In this document: positions 12,654 through 25,731 of the stretch, piece after piece
Layout of the letters: each line of letters starts with the position of its first letter
Numbering within the stretch: position 1 is the stretch's first letter
Origin: Eledone cirrhosa
Taxonomy: Eukaryota
NCBI GenBank assembly: GCA_964016885.1
Contig: OZ024759.1
Coordinates: 9,796,001 to 9,860,000 of the forward strand
Direction: 5' to 3'
DNA length: 64,000 bases
Translations under genes and position numbers: made by a program
Notes under the pieces: generated by a model
Seen by the model: the letters and a program-made list of their open reading frames with translations, nothing else
Told to the model about the DNA's origin: nothing
The model's database searches: none

Positions 12654-13350
12654 AAGGAAAAGAAATCGAAAATGCAACTGGTGTCTCTTTAAGAATATTT
12701 ATTTGTTTCCTTTACTGGTTTCACAGTTCTTATGCTTTTCAAAAGTAGAATTAAGATGGAGGGTTTGTGGTTTTTCTCACATTTTGGTGACTGTCGTGTG
12801 AATAAATACATCAAATTTGGGTGTTCTTTATTGTCATTTTCAGTCACAGGATTTGTGCCTCACAAAAGATATAGGAGGGGGGGGGGGCGACCGTTCTGGT
12901 TCAGTGAGTATGGCTGATGTGTTGAAGTGTCAAAATTGAGACTTTCTATTAAAATAAATTGAATGTTTGTGTCCATAGTGATGGTGGTGGTGGCGACAGG
13001 GTAGAAAATAGAAATATGTTTATTTTATTTGTGTTCGGATGTGTGTGTGTATGTATGTCTGTTTGGATGGTTAGCATGTTATGGTGTTAACATAATCTAT
13101 ATTAAACTATATTTATTTCTGGTCTATATTTTTGAATAAACATATTTTCCTTATTTATTCGTATTTGTTCTGTTGTATTGTCAGCGCAAAGATAAAATGG
13201 GAAGACTTGGAATTTGGGTGTCTTATCACTTGCGCATATGTCTAGATGTGCACTGAGTGGTATCTGTCTTGTGGTAGGATCTCATAATTGTTGGCAATGA
13301 ATTATCATCCTGTTTCTGAGGGTGAGTTTAGTTTGCGCCACACGTGCGAA
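12654..13350 (-). mobile_element. Penelope-like element 3' end (GIY-YIG C-terminus + 3' region), left-arm copy
   Basis: Reverse complement of 13700-14390. Confidence 0.75.
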
Positions 13351-13699
13351 GACTGAAATGCCACCAAAGTCTCAACAAAATGACAACACACTAAACCTTT
13401 ACCCTAATATATATATTTTTTTTCTTTTTCTTTTGCAACTGAAACCCGAATATTTTAGTCAGCCTCTATATTCTGGTCCAAGTGATTTGATCTGTAAATA
13501 TACCAACTCTTTTTATATTTTTACTGTCGGAATCCTTATATGTCTCTTGATAGTTATCCACCTGTTTGTTCTGGGTGATAAGTGGTATGATATGATGTCT
13601 TCTGTAGCATGTCTCTCTCCAACGTCACTCAGCCTATGTTGAGCTGTTTATAAAAAGTTGACCGGTGGATTGTATAGTGGCATTTCAGTCCTCGCACGT

Positions 13700-14390
13700 G
13701 TGGGGCAAACTAAACTCAACCTCAGAAACAGGATGATAATTCATTGCCAACATTTATGAGATCCTACCACAAGACAGATACCACTCAGTGCACATCTAGA
13801 CATATGCGCAAGTGATAAGACACCCAAATTCCAAGTCTTCCCATTTTATCTTTGCGCTGACAATACAACAGAACAAATACGAATAAATAAGGAAAATATG
13901 TTTATTCAAAAATATAGACCAGAAATAAATATAGTTTAATATAGATTATGTTAACACCATAACATGCTAACCATCCAAACAGACACATACATACACACAC
14001 ACATCCGAACACAAATAAAATAAACATATTTCTATTCTCTACCCTGTCGCCACCACCACCATCACTATGGACACAAACATTCAATTTATTTTAATAGAAA
14101 GTCTCAATTTTGACACTTCAACACATCAGCCATACTCACTGAACCAGAACGGTCGCCCGCCCCCCTCCTATATCTTTTGTGCGGCACAAATCCTGTGACT
14201 GAAAATGACAATAAAGAACACCCAAATTTGGACTACTTATTCACACGACAGTCACCAAAATGCGAGAAAAAACCACAAACCCTCCATCTTAATTCTACTT
14301 TTGAAAAGCATAAGAACTGTGAAACCAGTAAAGGAAACAAATAAATATTCTTAAAGAGACACCAGTTGCATTTTCGATTTCTTTTCCTTA
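13700..14390 (+). mobile_element. Penelope-like element 3' end (degenerate GIY-YIG endonuclease C-terminus + 3' region)
   Basis: Manual translation VGQTKLNLRNRMIIHCQHL*DPTTRQIPLSAHLDICASDKTPKFQVFPFY...IRINKENMFIQKYRPEIN fits the PLE GIY-YIG pattern (YIGxT..L..R...H...H...E..FI...P.LN). Confidence 0.75.
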
Positions 14391-14823
14391 TATATATATA
14401 TATAACCAAAGATTAATATGGTTCATTGATTACTCAATGAATATAGTTTTACAATAGATTAAAAGCACTCTACTTGGAAGTTTTCTGGAGTTATTAATAT
14501 TATTCAGAATATTAATAAATGAAGACATTCACATAATCAAAATATATGTTTTATTATATATATTTCGAAGGTACTGTGCTGTTGTTTCAGTACGTCCTCG
14601 TCAGATAAAATACATGAATTGATGTATGACATACCTCAACTGTCTTGATGGTTCAACTGCCAATACTGGAATTGAACTATCAAGACTGTTGAGGTATGTC
14701 ATACATCAATTCATGTATTTTATCTGACGAGGACGTACTGAAAAAACAGCACAGTACCTTCGAAATATATATAATAAAACATATATTTTGATTATGTGAA
14801 TGTCTTCATTTATTAATATTCTG

Positions 14824-14871
<48 letters not shown>

Positions 14872-16374
14872 AGTAAGTATGTTTTGAAACAGTGAGCAGG
14901 TTTGAAATTAGAAAATAGAATAGCTTTCACCGTATTTTTGACTAAAGGGATTTTAGCCTGATAATGGGGTTAAGAACCCTCAGATAAATGGAAAAAGATG
15001 AGTATGTACGTCAATACTCATCTTTTCCATTTATCTGAGGGTTCTAAACCCCATTATCAGGCTAAAATTCCTTTAGTCAAAAATACAGTGAAAGCTATTC
15101 TATAAATATATATATAGTGAAAAGATAACAAGGACGATTGGTTACTCCTTCATTACATTTATTGGTTGGTGACGCACGTTTCACCACTGATCAGCTACTA
15201 GCATTACAAGGGGTCTGTCCAGCCGCGGATTAGTCGGGTCAGATCGATACAGATCAAACCTTGAGCTGATCAGTGGCGAAACGTGCGTCACCAACCAATA
15301 AATGTAATGAAGGAGTAACCAATCGTCCTTGTTATCTTTTCACTATATACACTCTGTCTAGCTCTACACCTCGACACTGAAGTGAACCTAAACATCGAGT
15401 GCTCACCCGGGTGAACCTGCAGTAACTCCAAGTTACACTCCCTGGATATATATATTTATAATCTTTGATGATTTAGTGTTAAAGAATAAAAACTAGTGAT
15501 AAAATAAAAATATATTTTTAAAAAATGAGGTCCCTGAGGATGTGTGGCCCTAAGTTATAGTTTATTTATCTTATAGATACCATATTTCCAGGCGTCGAAG
15601 ATGCTACTTTTTTCCTAAAATAAGTCTCAAAACTCTACCATGCGTCCCGGAGGCCAAAGGTTGTTTATTATTTTTTTCAAATTTTTGGTTGTCAAAATTA
15701 GGATGCGTCCTCAAAGACGAAGTGTCTTTGCCGCCGGGAAATATGGTAAGTCCTGCATTGGTTTGATAATTTGTATTAAAAGGGTTTCGTCTCATATATA
15801 AATTCATGACCCTCAGCTAATTAAAGAAATTAATTATTATTTTTTAATGACAATAATGGTTGGAATGAGAGCCTTCTTCTTCTTGAGTCATCCCTCCATC
15901 AAAGGTGCAGAATTCATTTTGTTTTTTCTAATGGTTAAAATATATATGACTCACCCTACCTATATAAACATTCACACTACTGCTGTCCCAGGAAAAGATA
16001 ATGGCTGATACAGCTTGGCATCACTGACATCACAACTCATTTCTACAGCTGGAATAGAAGCTACAAGAGTCATAAATATTCAAGAATTTGGTGCTAAAAT
16101 GTTAAAATCTTAAAAATACTTTCAAACTAGTTTTAAAACATTTAAAAAAATTTTTTTTAGATAAATATATTGAATCTACTTAACATTAATAAAATATGAA
16201 ATGCCTGTTTTGTTTTACTCTTTGGCATACATAATGACTGTTGGTGCTTTCTTACTAAGAATGAAACAGTTCTAGTCCTGTAGAAGCTCATCTATAATAA
16301 AACTTTTATACTCTGCTTTGTATTGAGTACCTTACTTACTGTGGTTACCTCCGATTCAACACTGAATAACGTAC

Positions 16375-16419
<45 letters not shown>

Positions 16420-16689
16420 CATATATATGCACACATATATATATACCGTATTTCCCGGCACCGAAGGCGCTTCATCCTTGAGGATGCACCCTTATAAAAA
16501 AATAATAAACATTTTTTGAGATAAATATATTGAATCTACTTAACATTAATAAAATATGAAATGCCTGTTTTGTTTTACTCTTTGGCATACTGTTGGTGCT
16601 TTCTTACTAAACAACATCTAAATATATGGCTGGAAGTTATTGCACTCCATTATTTTCAACACCTATACAAACATCCTAGTGAAATTAGG

Positions 16690-16860
16690 AGCCAAGGATG
16701 TTCTGGTAATTTTTTTTAATCGTCCTTCTCTGCTTCAAATAGCCCAATGAACATACCCACGGTGTTGAAATCAATGGTATTGAAATCCAGGACTTGGCAG
16801 CGCCAATGAACGACAGACCCATGAGGAGATTAATTTTTGAGTACATTTCGGGTGTGGCAG

Positions 16861-16904
<44 letters not shown>

Positions 16905-16905
16905 G
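16690..16905 (+). mobile_element. Degenerate RTE-like LINE 3' end
   Basis: ...GIEIQDLAAPMNDRPMRRLIFEYISGVAAG* followed by a (TGA)n tail. Confidence 0.5.
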
Positions 16906-16996
16906 ATGGAAACATGTAGTATATAGCAAAGCTGTTGTTAACCATACTATTACCATAACAACCTCCAAATGTCAAATATAAGCAATAACAGCTGGT

Positions 16997-17042
<46 letters not shown>

Positions 17043-17109
17043 GCATATATATATACATACATACATACATACATATATATATATACATACATACATACAT
17101 ATATATATA

Positions 17110-17144
<35 letters not shown>

Positions 17145-17281
17145 GTGTGTGTATGTATATATATATATATATATATGTGTGTGTATATATATATGCATCT
17201 ATGTATATTTATATTGAATGAGTAAGAGGTGTACCGATTCTCTACAACTAGCTTCGTAAACAAATAATATATATATATATA

Positions 17282-17600
17282 TACATTATGAAGAGAGAAG
17301 TGGTATTTTCTTCGGGGTTATAAGAGGCTTAGCTCTGTTTCTCGACCGTTATATCGCGTGACTATCTCCCCCTCCGCCTTTTGGGATTCTTTCTCACGTC
17401 GTGTAGACGCGTTCCTGAGACTAGTAAAATGAGGTATCCTCTTGATAAGTCGGCAGACCTCGCAAGGACTCTATATCTTTATGATGTATTGTTTTTGTTT
17501 ATGCCACGAAACTACGTAGTCGAGGAATCTAGGAGCAGTTTAGGTATGATACATTTTATTACTAATTATATCTAAATGTTTCTTCTCTCTTCATAATGTA
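17282..17600 (+). mobile_element. Short element with 19-bp inverted ends and a U3:A8 hammerhead
   Basis: TACATTATGAAGAGAGAAG / CTTCTCTCTTCATAATGTA termini; internal hammerhead. Confidence 0.65.
17437..17526 (+). ncRNA. Type-I hammerhead ribozyme, U3:A8 covariant core
   Basis: tcctc-TTGATAA-gt.ggca...tgccac-GAA-ACTACGTAGT-C-gagga. Confidence 0.75.
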
Positions 17601-17765
17601 TTTTTAACTCTGATACTGGTTCAGTCTAGTTCAACCGGATTGGTCTGTCCCAGTCATTCATTGAGCAACATCGGTGAAGTTGGCACCCTTAACTCACGGT
17701 TGGGTGCGGATGCATTCATGTATATGTGTGTGTCCGCATGTATCTGTGTGTTTCTAAATATATTG

Positions 17766-17839
<74 letters not shown>

Positions 17840-17927
17840 AGGAGGTGAGTTTTATTGTAGTACAATAAAGCAATGCAGATATCAGATAAGAAGCACTCTA
17901 CAGTTTGTAGGACTGGAGTATACATAA

Positions 17928-18245
17928 TATATAAGAACAAAAGATGGTTAAAAGAGTTCCATGTATTTTATCATGCGCATTTCAAAAACAAATGTCATCA
18001 TGCAATAATATTTGTGTTTTCATCAGATAAACTAGGAGGACATGATATGAAGGTTAAAAAACACTTGTGAATAGTGGATATGTTGATTTAAAACTGCACT
18101 ATCCACAAGTGTTTTTTAACCTTCATATCATGTCTTCCTATTTTATCTGATGAAAACACAAATATTATTGCATGATGATATTTGTTTTTGAAATGCGCCT
18201 AATAAAATACATGGAACTCTTTTAACCATCTTTTGTTCTTATATA
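17928..18245. mobile_element. Fold-back pLTR-like element with hammerheads (18139-18209 +, 17964-18031 -)
   Basis: ~150-bp inverted arms; tattttat-CTGATGA-aaac.caaatat...atatttgtttt-GAAATGCGC(A/C)T-(A/G)-ataaaata. Confidence 0.75.
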
Positions 18246-18312
18246 TATTTAGTTTTGCGAGGTTTTTGATATGAAATCGTGTGTCAAAATATTGTTATAC
18301 TTGGGGAGGGTC

Positions 18313-21300
18313 ATATTTGTGTAATATTGCCAGAATTAATAACAGAACACACTCACTGTTTGGTTGGTTTTCGCTTTTCGCTTCTGTGTCTTTTATATCG
18401 GTTAATTTAATTTATTCGGCCCTCAATGTTACCATTGACTGACCAACGGTCAAAAATACAGATACAATATAGACACAAACACATATATATATAGTCTATC
18501 AAAGTTCTTTCGTTGCACATCTGCAACATAGTCAGTGGTGCTATTGTTTCCTCCCATTGCATTGTATTTTCTACACCATCTTTATTTAGTCTGTTTATAT
18601 ATTTATTTATTTGTTTATTTTATTTTGTCTTCTTTGCGCATGCGTTTGCGTGTGTGTATATTTTTTTGTTTGATGTGTGTTCGTGATTGGGTCGCTGTGT
18701 ATTGGTTAATGTATTCTATCTTTACTAGTGTGTGTTTATATGCGTTTGTTGTTGTTGTGCTTGTGTATGTATTTATTTATCTATTTATTTATTTATTTAT
18801 ACTTCTCTCAGGTCTCACCATAGCTAGAAATAAGATTAGACAAATAGTAGACTGGTATACTAAGAGACAGAGCAGACCAGAGGCCCAACAACTTGGGAGG
18901 AAACCTGTAGAAGGCTTGGTTAGCCTCAAGCAGCGCACAAGGGATGGTGAGGTAGTATGTCTACCCACGGATAAGTCTGGTAGGATGTCAATAGATAGCA
19001 TGCCGAACTACATCAAGGCTATGCAACCCCACATCACCAACACGAGCAAAATTGCACAGCAAATACAGGATGGGAGAGAGAAAATCCTCAACGCTCACAT
19101 GATGATGTGGACCGACATCCTAAAGCCAAGCAGACGCACTGCCAACAACTTCCAGGCGTCTAACAATGGCATACCACCCTTGTATGGGCTCTGCAAAGAC
19201 CACAAGACAGTCGACGACCCGACAACAGGACCACCAACAAGACCCGTATGCGGAGCAAATATAGCTAGCAACTACAGGATCTCCTACTTCCTCTCAATGG
19301 TTATACACCCCATAATCAAGATGTCCCCAGATGTATGTGACAGTACAGAGGACCTCCTCAGTAGAATCAGTTGGTGCAACAAAAACAGGAACCTATCCAA
19401 CTGCATAATAGGCAGCATAGATGTGGTATCACTGTACCCATCCATTAACATTGATTTTGCTGTGGAAAAATGTGTGGAGATGATCATTGAGAGTGAGGTG
19501 GAGTTCTGCGACGTCGACACAGACAAACTGGGCCTCCTACTTAGACTTACCTACGACACTGACTACCTAGACAGCCCTGACTTTAGACGTTTCTGCCCCA
19601 GTAGACCTATAAGAGGTAGACCCCCCCACCATAACCTCAATGGCTAAAAAGACTCCCATGGGAAGGTGGATTGGGTGGACCAAAGCTATACGGACCCCCC
19701 AAAACAATGATCAGGTAAGAAAAATGGTCGCACATGCAATAGGGGCTAGTATCAAAACTACCCTAAAGGGCCACATATTCAAATTCAACGAGATGATCTA
19801 CACCCAAAATGAGGGAGCAGCCATTGGCATCAGCATAGCTGGTGATGTTGCCAACCTTTTTATGGTATGGTGGGAAAGGAGACTTAAAGATCTCCTTGAT
19901 GAGAGCTCCATAGATCTCATCATGTACTCTCGTTATGTAGACGATATCAATATAGTTATAAGAACATCCCCACAAGAGAGCACTAACAAGTTTGATTTAG
20001 AACGTAGCACAATGGAAAGCATCCAGCAGATAGCTAATTCCATACACCAGAGTATAACTGTAACTATCGACTACCCTTCCAAACACCCTAACAATAGACT
20101 ACCTGTATTAGACACAGAACTCTGGATTAACACTATAGACGAGAGAGCCCAAATTCTCCACTCACACTATGCTAAACCCATGGCCTCCAAATACCTGATA
20201 CTCAAATACTCAGCAATGTCCAGTAGTGCTAAGTTTAATATTCTGATCGCAGACTAGGTACGAGTGATGAAGAACGTGTCCCGCATGTGCGACCCAACAG
20301 AAATGGAAAGACACATCCAATACTTCATCAACCGCATGCAGTTCTCTGGCTACAACCAAAGAGACAGAATCAGAGTATACGAAGGAGCCACGGAGAAGTA
20401 TAAGACCCTCATAGAACTGGACATGAAATGAATTTGCCCATTATACAGGAGCAAATCATGGAATAGCTTAGATAGAGCTAGACATAAGATAGGGAAAGCC
20501 ACCTCATGGTACGACAACCAAAGATACTAGAGTGTCATGTTTGTGGATGCTACACCTGGAGGGAAATTAGCTAACTAGTGTAGAAAGGCCCTGAGAAAGA
20601 CCCACTTAAAGATTAAGGTGGTAGAAAAGCCAGGAACCACCATAAAATCCATGATCAGCAAAACCTACCCTTTTAAGAAAACCCACTGTACTAATAGGAA
20701 ATGTATCATATGTAAGGTAAACCCCCGGATAAACTGTAAAACTAGAAACGTAGTCTATAGCATAAGATGTACAGAGGGTACTTGCAGAAACATGACAACA
20801 ACATACATAGGCAAGACAGCTCGTAGCAAAGGTGAAAGGATAGACCAGCACTGGGGGGAACTAAAAGGACGAAAAAACAGTTCAGTACTATACGAACATG
20901 CCGGACAACAACACAGCGGTAACATAGACAACATAGAAATTAAGATAATATCTAAACATAGAAATGACCCAGCAGATATGCAAATCAGAGAGGCCAGTGA
21001 AATAGAACTTAGAAGGCCAAGGCTAAACAGAAAAAAATGAACGGAATAACAACAACACCCAAACAAACAACACTGACCTAAGAGAAGTATAAATAAATAA
21101 ATAAATAGATAAATAAATAAATAAATAGATAAATAAATACATACACAAGCACAATAACCACAAACACATATAAACACACACTAGTAAAGAGAGAATACAT
21201 TAACCAATACACAGTCACCCAATCACGAACACACATCAAACAAAACACTATACACACACGCAAACGCATGCGCAAAGAAGACAAAATAAAATAAACAAAT

Positions 21301-21594
21301 AAATAAATATATAAACAGACTAAATAAAGATGGCGTAGAAAATACAATGAAATGGGAGGAAACAATAGCACCACTGACGATGTTGCAGATGTGCAACGAA
21401 AGAACTTTGATAAACTATATATATGTGTTTGTGTCTATATTGTATCTGTATTTTTTACCGTTGGTCAGTCAATGGCAACATTGAGGACTGAATAAATTAA
21501 ATTAACCGATATAAAAGACACAGAAGCGAAAAGCGAAAACCAACCAAACAGTGAGTGTGTTCTGTTATTAATTCTGGCAATATTACACAAATAT
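18313..21594 (+). mobile_element. Penelope-like retroelement, 5'-truncated, with ~500-bp inverted pLTRs (18313-18814 / 21075-21594); RT + Cys-rich linker + GIY-YIG, frameshifted
   Basis: ORF pieces 18535-19647, 19640-20257, 20618-21040: DVVSLYPSI, GAAIG..IAGDVANLFM, YSRYVDD, LPVLD, VVYSIRC...YIGKTARS; mirrored terminal repeats. Confidence 0.92.
21372..21410 (+). ncRNA. Hammerhead ribozyme motif in the Penelope pLTR
   Basis: CTGACGA-t-gttgca(gatg)tgcaac-GAAAGAACTT-tg; helix I weak; the inverted copy at ~18500-18537 has mutated core CTGACTA. Confidence 0.6.
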
Positions 21595-21839
21595 ATGCAT
21601 AATAGCTTTGCTTGTCTCCTCCTCATGTATATGACTTACAGTGACAATATCCACACGCCTGCATATGAATTGTTATTGCACTCTTCCTCTCTCAAAACTA
21701 CTTTCTCAATGCCTCTTTAATATTTGGACTATTCCCTTGTTTTAACTGTTGCATGTATTCCACTCCGTGCTTTTGATTTTAATTTAATTTGAATTTGAAT
21801 TTGAATTTGAACTTGAATGTTTGCACAATTATTGTACAA

Positions 21840-22190
21840 TTCTCGTAAAATATATGTCACATCCATTCCACCCTGTAAATACGAAACTGTTGCTCACAAC
21901 ATCAATATATATGTATCTTTATTATTGTTCAGTTGAATAGGAGGTTAATTATATGTGCAAACATTGATAATGCTCTGATAACTCCAAACGAGAATTTGTA
22001 AGAAACGATTGTCAGCTATTAAATGATTTGAACACAACTTTGATAATTGTATAATTTATTTATTTTCCTGCTCTGTAAACAACTGATGTTCATACATTGA
22101 GCTATTTCTCTTACTGGTAATAAGGTAAGTAAGAAATTATTGACCTCCCTGTTTATAGTTGTTTATACTATATACATAACTATAAATAGT
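21840..22190 (+). mobile_element. pLTR-like relic with degenerate hammerhead (21972-22016), homologous to 32255-32815
   Basis: gct-CTGATAA-..caaa...tttg..-GAAAC-gatt-GTC-agc; downstream CTGCTCTGTAAA...CATTGAGCTA...CTTACTGGTAATAAG matches the reverse complement of 32355-32415. Confidence 0.55.
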
Positions 22191-22322
22191 ATTATTATCG
22201 AGGTTGACTTTGCCTTTCATCCTTACGGGGTCGATAAAATAAAGTACCAGTAATGCACTGAGTAATTGCTGGCCTTGTGCCTAAAGTAGAAACAATTATT
22301 ATTATTATTATTATTATATAAG

Positions 22323-22513
22323 GGTGGTGGATTGGCAGTATCGGTAGAGGGTCGGACGCCATGCTTTCCAGCATCGTTACGTCCCTTTACGATCTGAGTT
22401 CAAATCCCGCCGAGGTTGACTTTGCCTTTCATCCTTACGGGGTCGATAAAATAAAGTACCAGTAATGCACTGGGGTATTGCTGGCCTTGTGCCTAAAGTA
22501 GAACAATTATTAT

Positions 22514-22520
<7 letters not shown>
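22323..22520 (+). mobile_element. tRNA-derived SINE, second family (partial copy at 22199-22315; others at 44482-44672 + and 53270-53450 -)
   Basis: B box GTTCAAATCC, conserved GACTTTGCCTTTCATCC...GGGGTCGATAAA block, (ATT)n tail. Confidence 0.8.
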
Positions 22521-22556
<36 letters not shown>

Positions 22557-22881
22557 CATCATCATCATTTTACGTCCACTTTTCCCTGCTTTTGATAATC
22601 TTTGTATTATAACCTGAGAAGAAGTTCATGCTCTATCTTGTAGAATTATAGCAATAATCTAAACATTAGTCATGTTTATAGAGATACAGATCCTGCCATT
22701 GATATCCACATAACCATATTGCCACCATATTCCCCATTGCCACCAACTTTATTGCCTGTTTCTTGTTGTTGTTTAGCACTGAATCAACCTTGATTTAGAA
22801 GACATTCATTCCATCATGGAATTAAACATACTTGCTGCACATGTTCAGAGTTGGGAAGACTTTAACCCTTTACCATTTAAA

Positions 22882-25525
22882 TTACTCTATATTTACTATT
22901 GTATTGTCACAGTAAAGACTTTACCTCACATAATATCTCACATAACATTACATTACTCTATATATACTATTGTATTGTCACAGTAAAGACTTTACCTCAC
23001 ATAATATCTCACATAACATTTACATTACTCTATATATACTATTGTATTTTCACAGTAAAGGCTTTACCTCACATAATATCTCACATAACATTTACATTAC
23101 TCTATATATATTATTGTGTTGTCACAGTAAAGGCTTTATCTCACATAATATCTCACATAACATTTACATTACTCTATATATACTATTGTATTTTCACAGT
23201 AAAGACTTTACCTCACATAATATCTCACATAACATTTACATTACTCTATATATACTATTGTATTGTCACAGTAAAGGCTTTACCTCACATAATATCTCAC
23301 ATAACATTTACATTACTCTATATATACTATTGTATTGTCACAGTAAAGGCTTTACCTCACATAATATCTCACGTAACATTTACATTACTCTATATATACT
23401 ATTATATTGTCACAGTAAAGACTTAACCTCACATAATATCTCACATAACATTTACACTATATATATATACTATTGTATTTTCACAGTAAAGGCTTTACCT
23501 CACATAATATCTCACATAACATTTACATTACTCTATATATACTATTGTATTTTCACAGTAAAGGCTTTACCTCACATAATATCTCATAACATTTACATTA
23601 CTCTCTATATACTATTGTATTGTCACAGTAAAGACTTTACCTCACATAATATCTCACATAACATTTACATTACTCTATATATACTATTGTATTGTCACAG
23701 TAAAGGCTTTACCTCACATAATATCTCACATAACATTTACATTACTCTATATATACTATTGTATTGTCACAGTAAAGGCTTTACCTCACATAATATCTCA
23801 CATAACATTTACATTACTCTATATATACTATTGTATTTTCACAGTAAAGGCTTTACCTCACATAATATCTCACATAACATTTACACTACTCTATATATAC
23901 TATTGTATTTTCACAGTAAAGACTTTACCTCACATAATATCTCACATAACATTTACATTACTCTATATATACTATTGTATTGTCACAGTAAAGGCTTTAC
24001 CTCACATAATATCTCACATAACATTTACATTACTCTATATATACTATTGTATTGTCACAGTAAAGACTTTACCTCACATAACATTTACATTACTCTATAT
24101 ATACTATTGTATTGTCACAGTAAAGGCTTTACCTCACATAATATCTCACATAACATTTACATTACTCTATATTTACTATTGTATTGTCACAGTAAAGACT
24201 TTACCTCACATAATATCTCACATAACATTTACATTACTCTATATATACTATTGTATTGTCACAGTAAAGACTTTACCTCACATAATATCTCACATAACAT
24301 TTACATTACTCTATATATACTATTGTATTGTCACAGTAAAGACTTTACCTCACATAATATCTCACATAACATTTACATTACTCTATATATACTATTGTAT
24401 TGTCACAGTAAAGGCTTTACCTCACATAATATCTCACATAACATTTACATTACTCTATATATACTATTGTATTGTCACAGTAAAGACTTTACCTCACATA
24501 ATATCTCACATAACATTTACATTACTCTATATATACTATTGTATTGTCACAGTAAAGGCTTTACCTCACATAATATCTCACATAACATTTACATTACTCT
24601 ATATATACTATTGTATTGTCACAGTAAAGACTTTACCTCACATAATATCTCACATAACATTTACATTACTCTATATATACTATTGTATTGTCACAGTAAA
24701 GGCTTTACCTCACATAATACCTCACATAACATTTACATTACTCTATATATACTATTGTATTGTCACAGTAAAGGCTTTACCTCACATAATATCTCACATA
24801 ACATTTACATTACTCTATATATACTATTGTATTGTCACAGTAAAGGCTTTACCTCACTGAATATCTCACATAATATTTACATTACTCTATATATACTATT
24901 GTATTGTCACAGTAAAGGCTTTACCTCACATAATATCTCACATAACATTTACATTACTCTATATATACTATTATATTGTCACAGTAAAGGCTTTACCTCA
25001 CATAATATCTCACATAACATTTACATTACTCTATATATACTATTGTATTGTCACAGTAAAGGCTTTACCTCACATAATATCTCACATAACATTTACATTA
25101 CTCTATATATACTATTGTATTTTCACAGTAAAGACTTTACCTCACATAATATCTCACATAACATTTACATTACTCTATATATACTATTGTATTGTCACAG
25201 TAAAGGCTTTACCTCACATAATATCTCACATAACATTTACATTACTCTATATATACTATTGTATTGTTACAGTAAAGGCGTTACCTCACATAATATCTCA
25301 CATAACATTTACATTACTCTATATATACTATTGTATTGTTGCAGTAAAGGCTTTACCTCACATAATATCTCACATAACATTTACATTACTCTATATATAC
25401 TATTGTATTTTCATGGTAAAGGCTTTACCTCACATAATATCTCACATAACATTTACATTACTCTATATATACTATTGTATTGTCACAGTAAAGGCTTTAC
25501 CTCACTGAATATCTCACATAATATT
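22882..25525. repeat. 72-bp tandem satellite, ~36 copies
   Basis: TTACATTACTCTATATATACTATTGTATTGTCACAGTAAAGGCTTTACCTCACATAATATCTCACATAACAT unit; 24-aa periodic ORFs. Confidence 0.95.
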
Positions 25526-25731
25526 GAATCTATGAGATTTTGATGTTATTTATTTTGAGAACAATACCTTCACTTCAGTATGAGCGGCCAGTTACAGCCA
25601 GTTTGAACAGAAAGAGGTTTGAGAATTCTGGCCAGATATGGCTGGTTTGAATAGAAAGAGGTGGGAAAACTGCCAAATATGAACATTCTCATTGAAGCAA
25701 AGTTGGAATAAAATGACAAAAAACTTATGAA

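Larger units (their letters stand above)
10130..16510. repeat. Giant inverted duplication (arms ~10130-13375 and ~13677-16510, ~300-bp spacer)
   Basis: Near-identical mirrored ORFs (11228+/15604-, 12107+/14706-) and continuous reverse-complement identity. Confidence 0.95.

Noticed and set aside
20255-21040. In-frame stops in the Penelope ORFs as recoding (selenocysteine)
   Set aside because: Stops include TAG, differ between the two copies (e.g. TAG versus TTG), and come with frameshifts: ordinary decay
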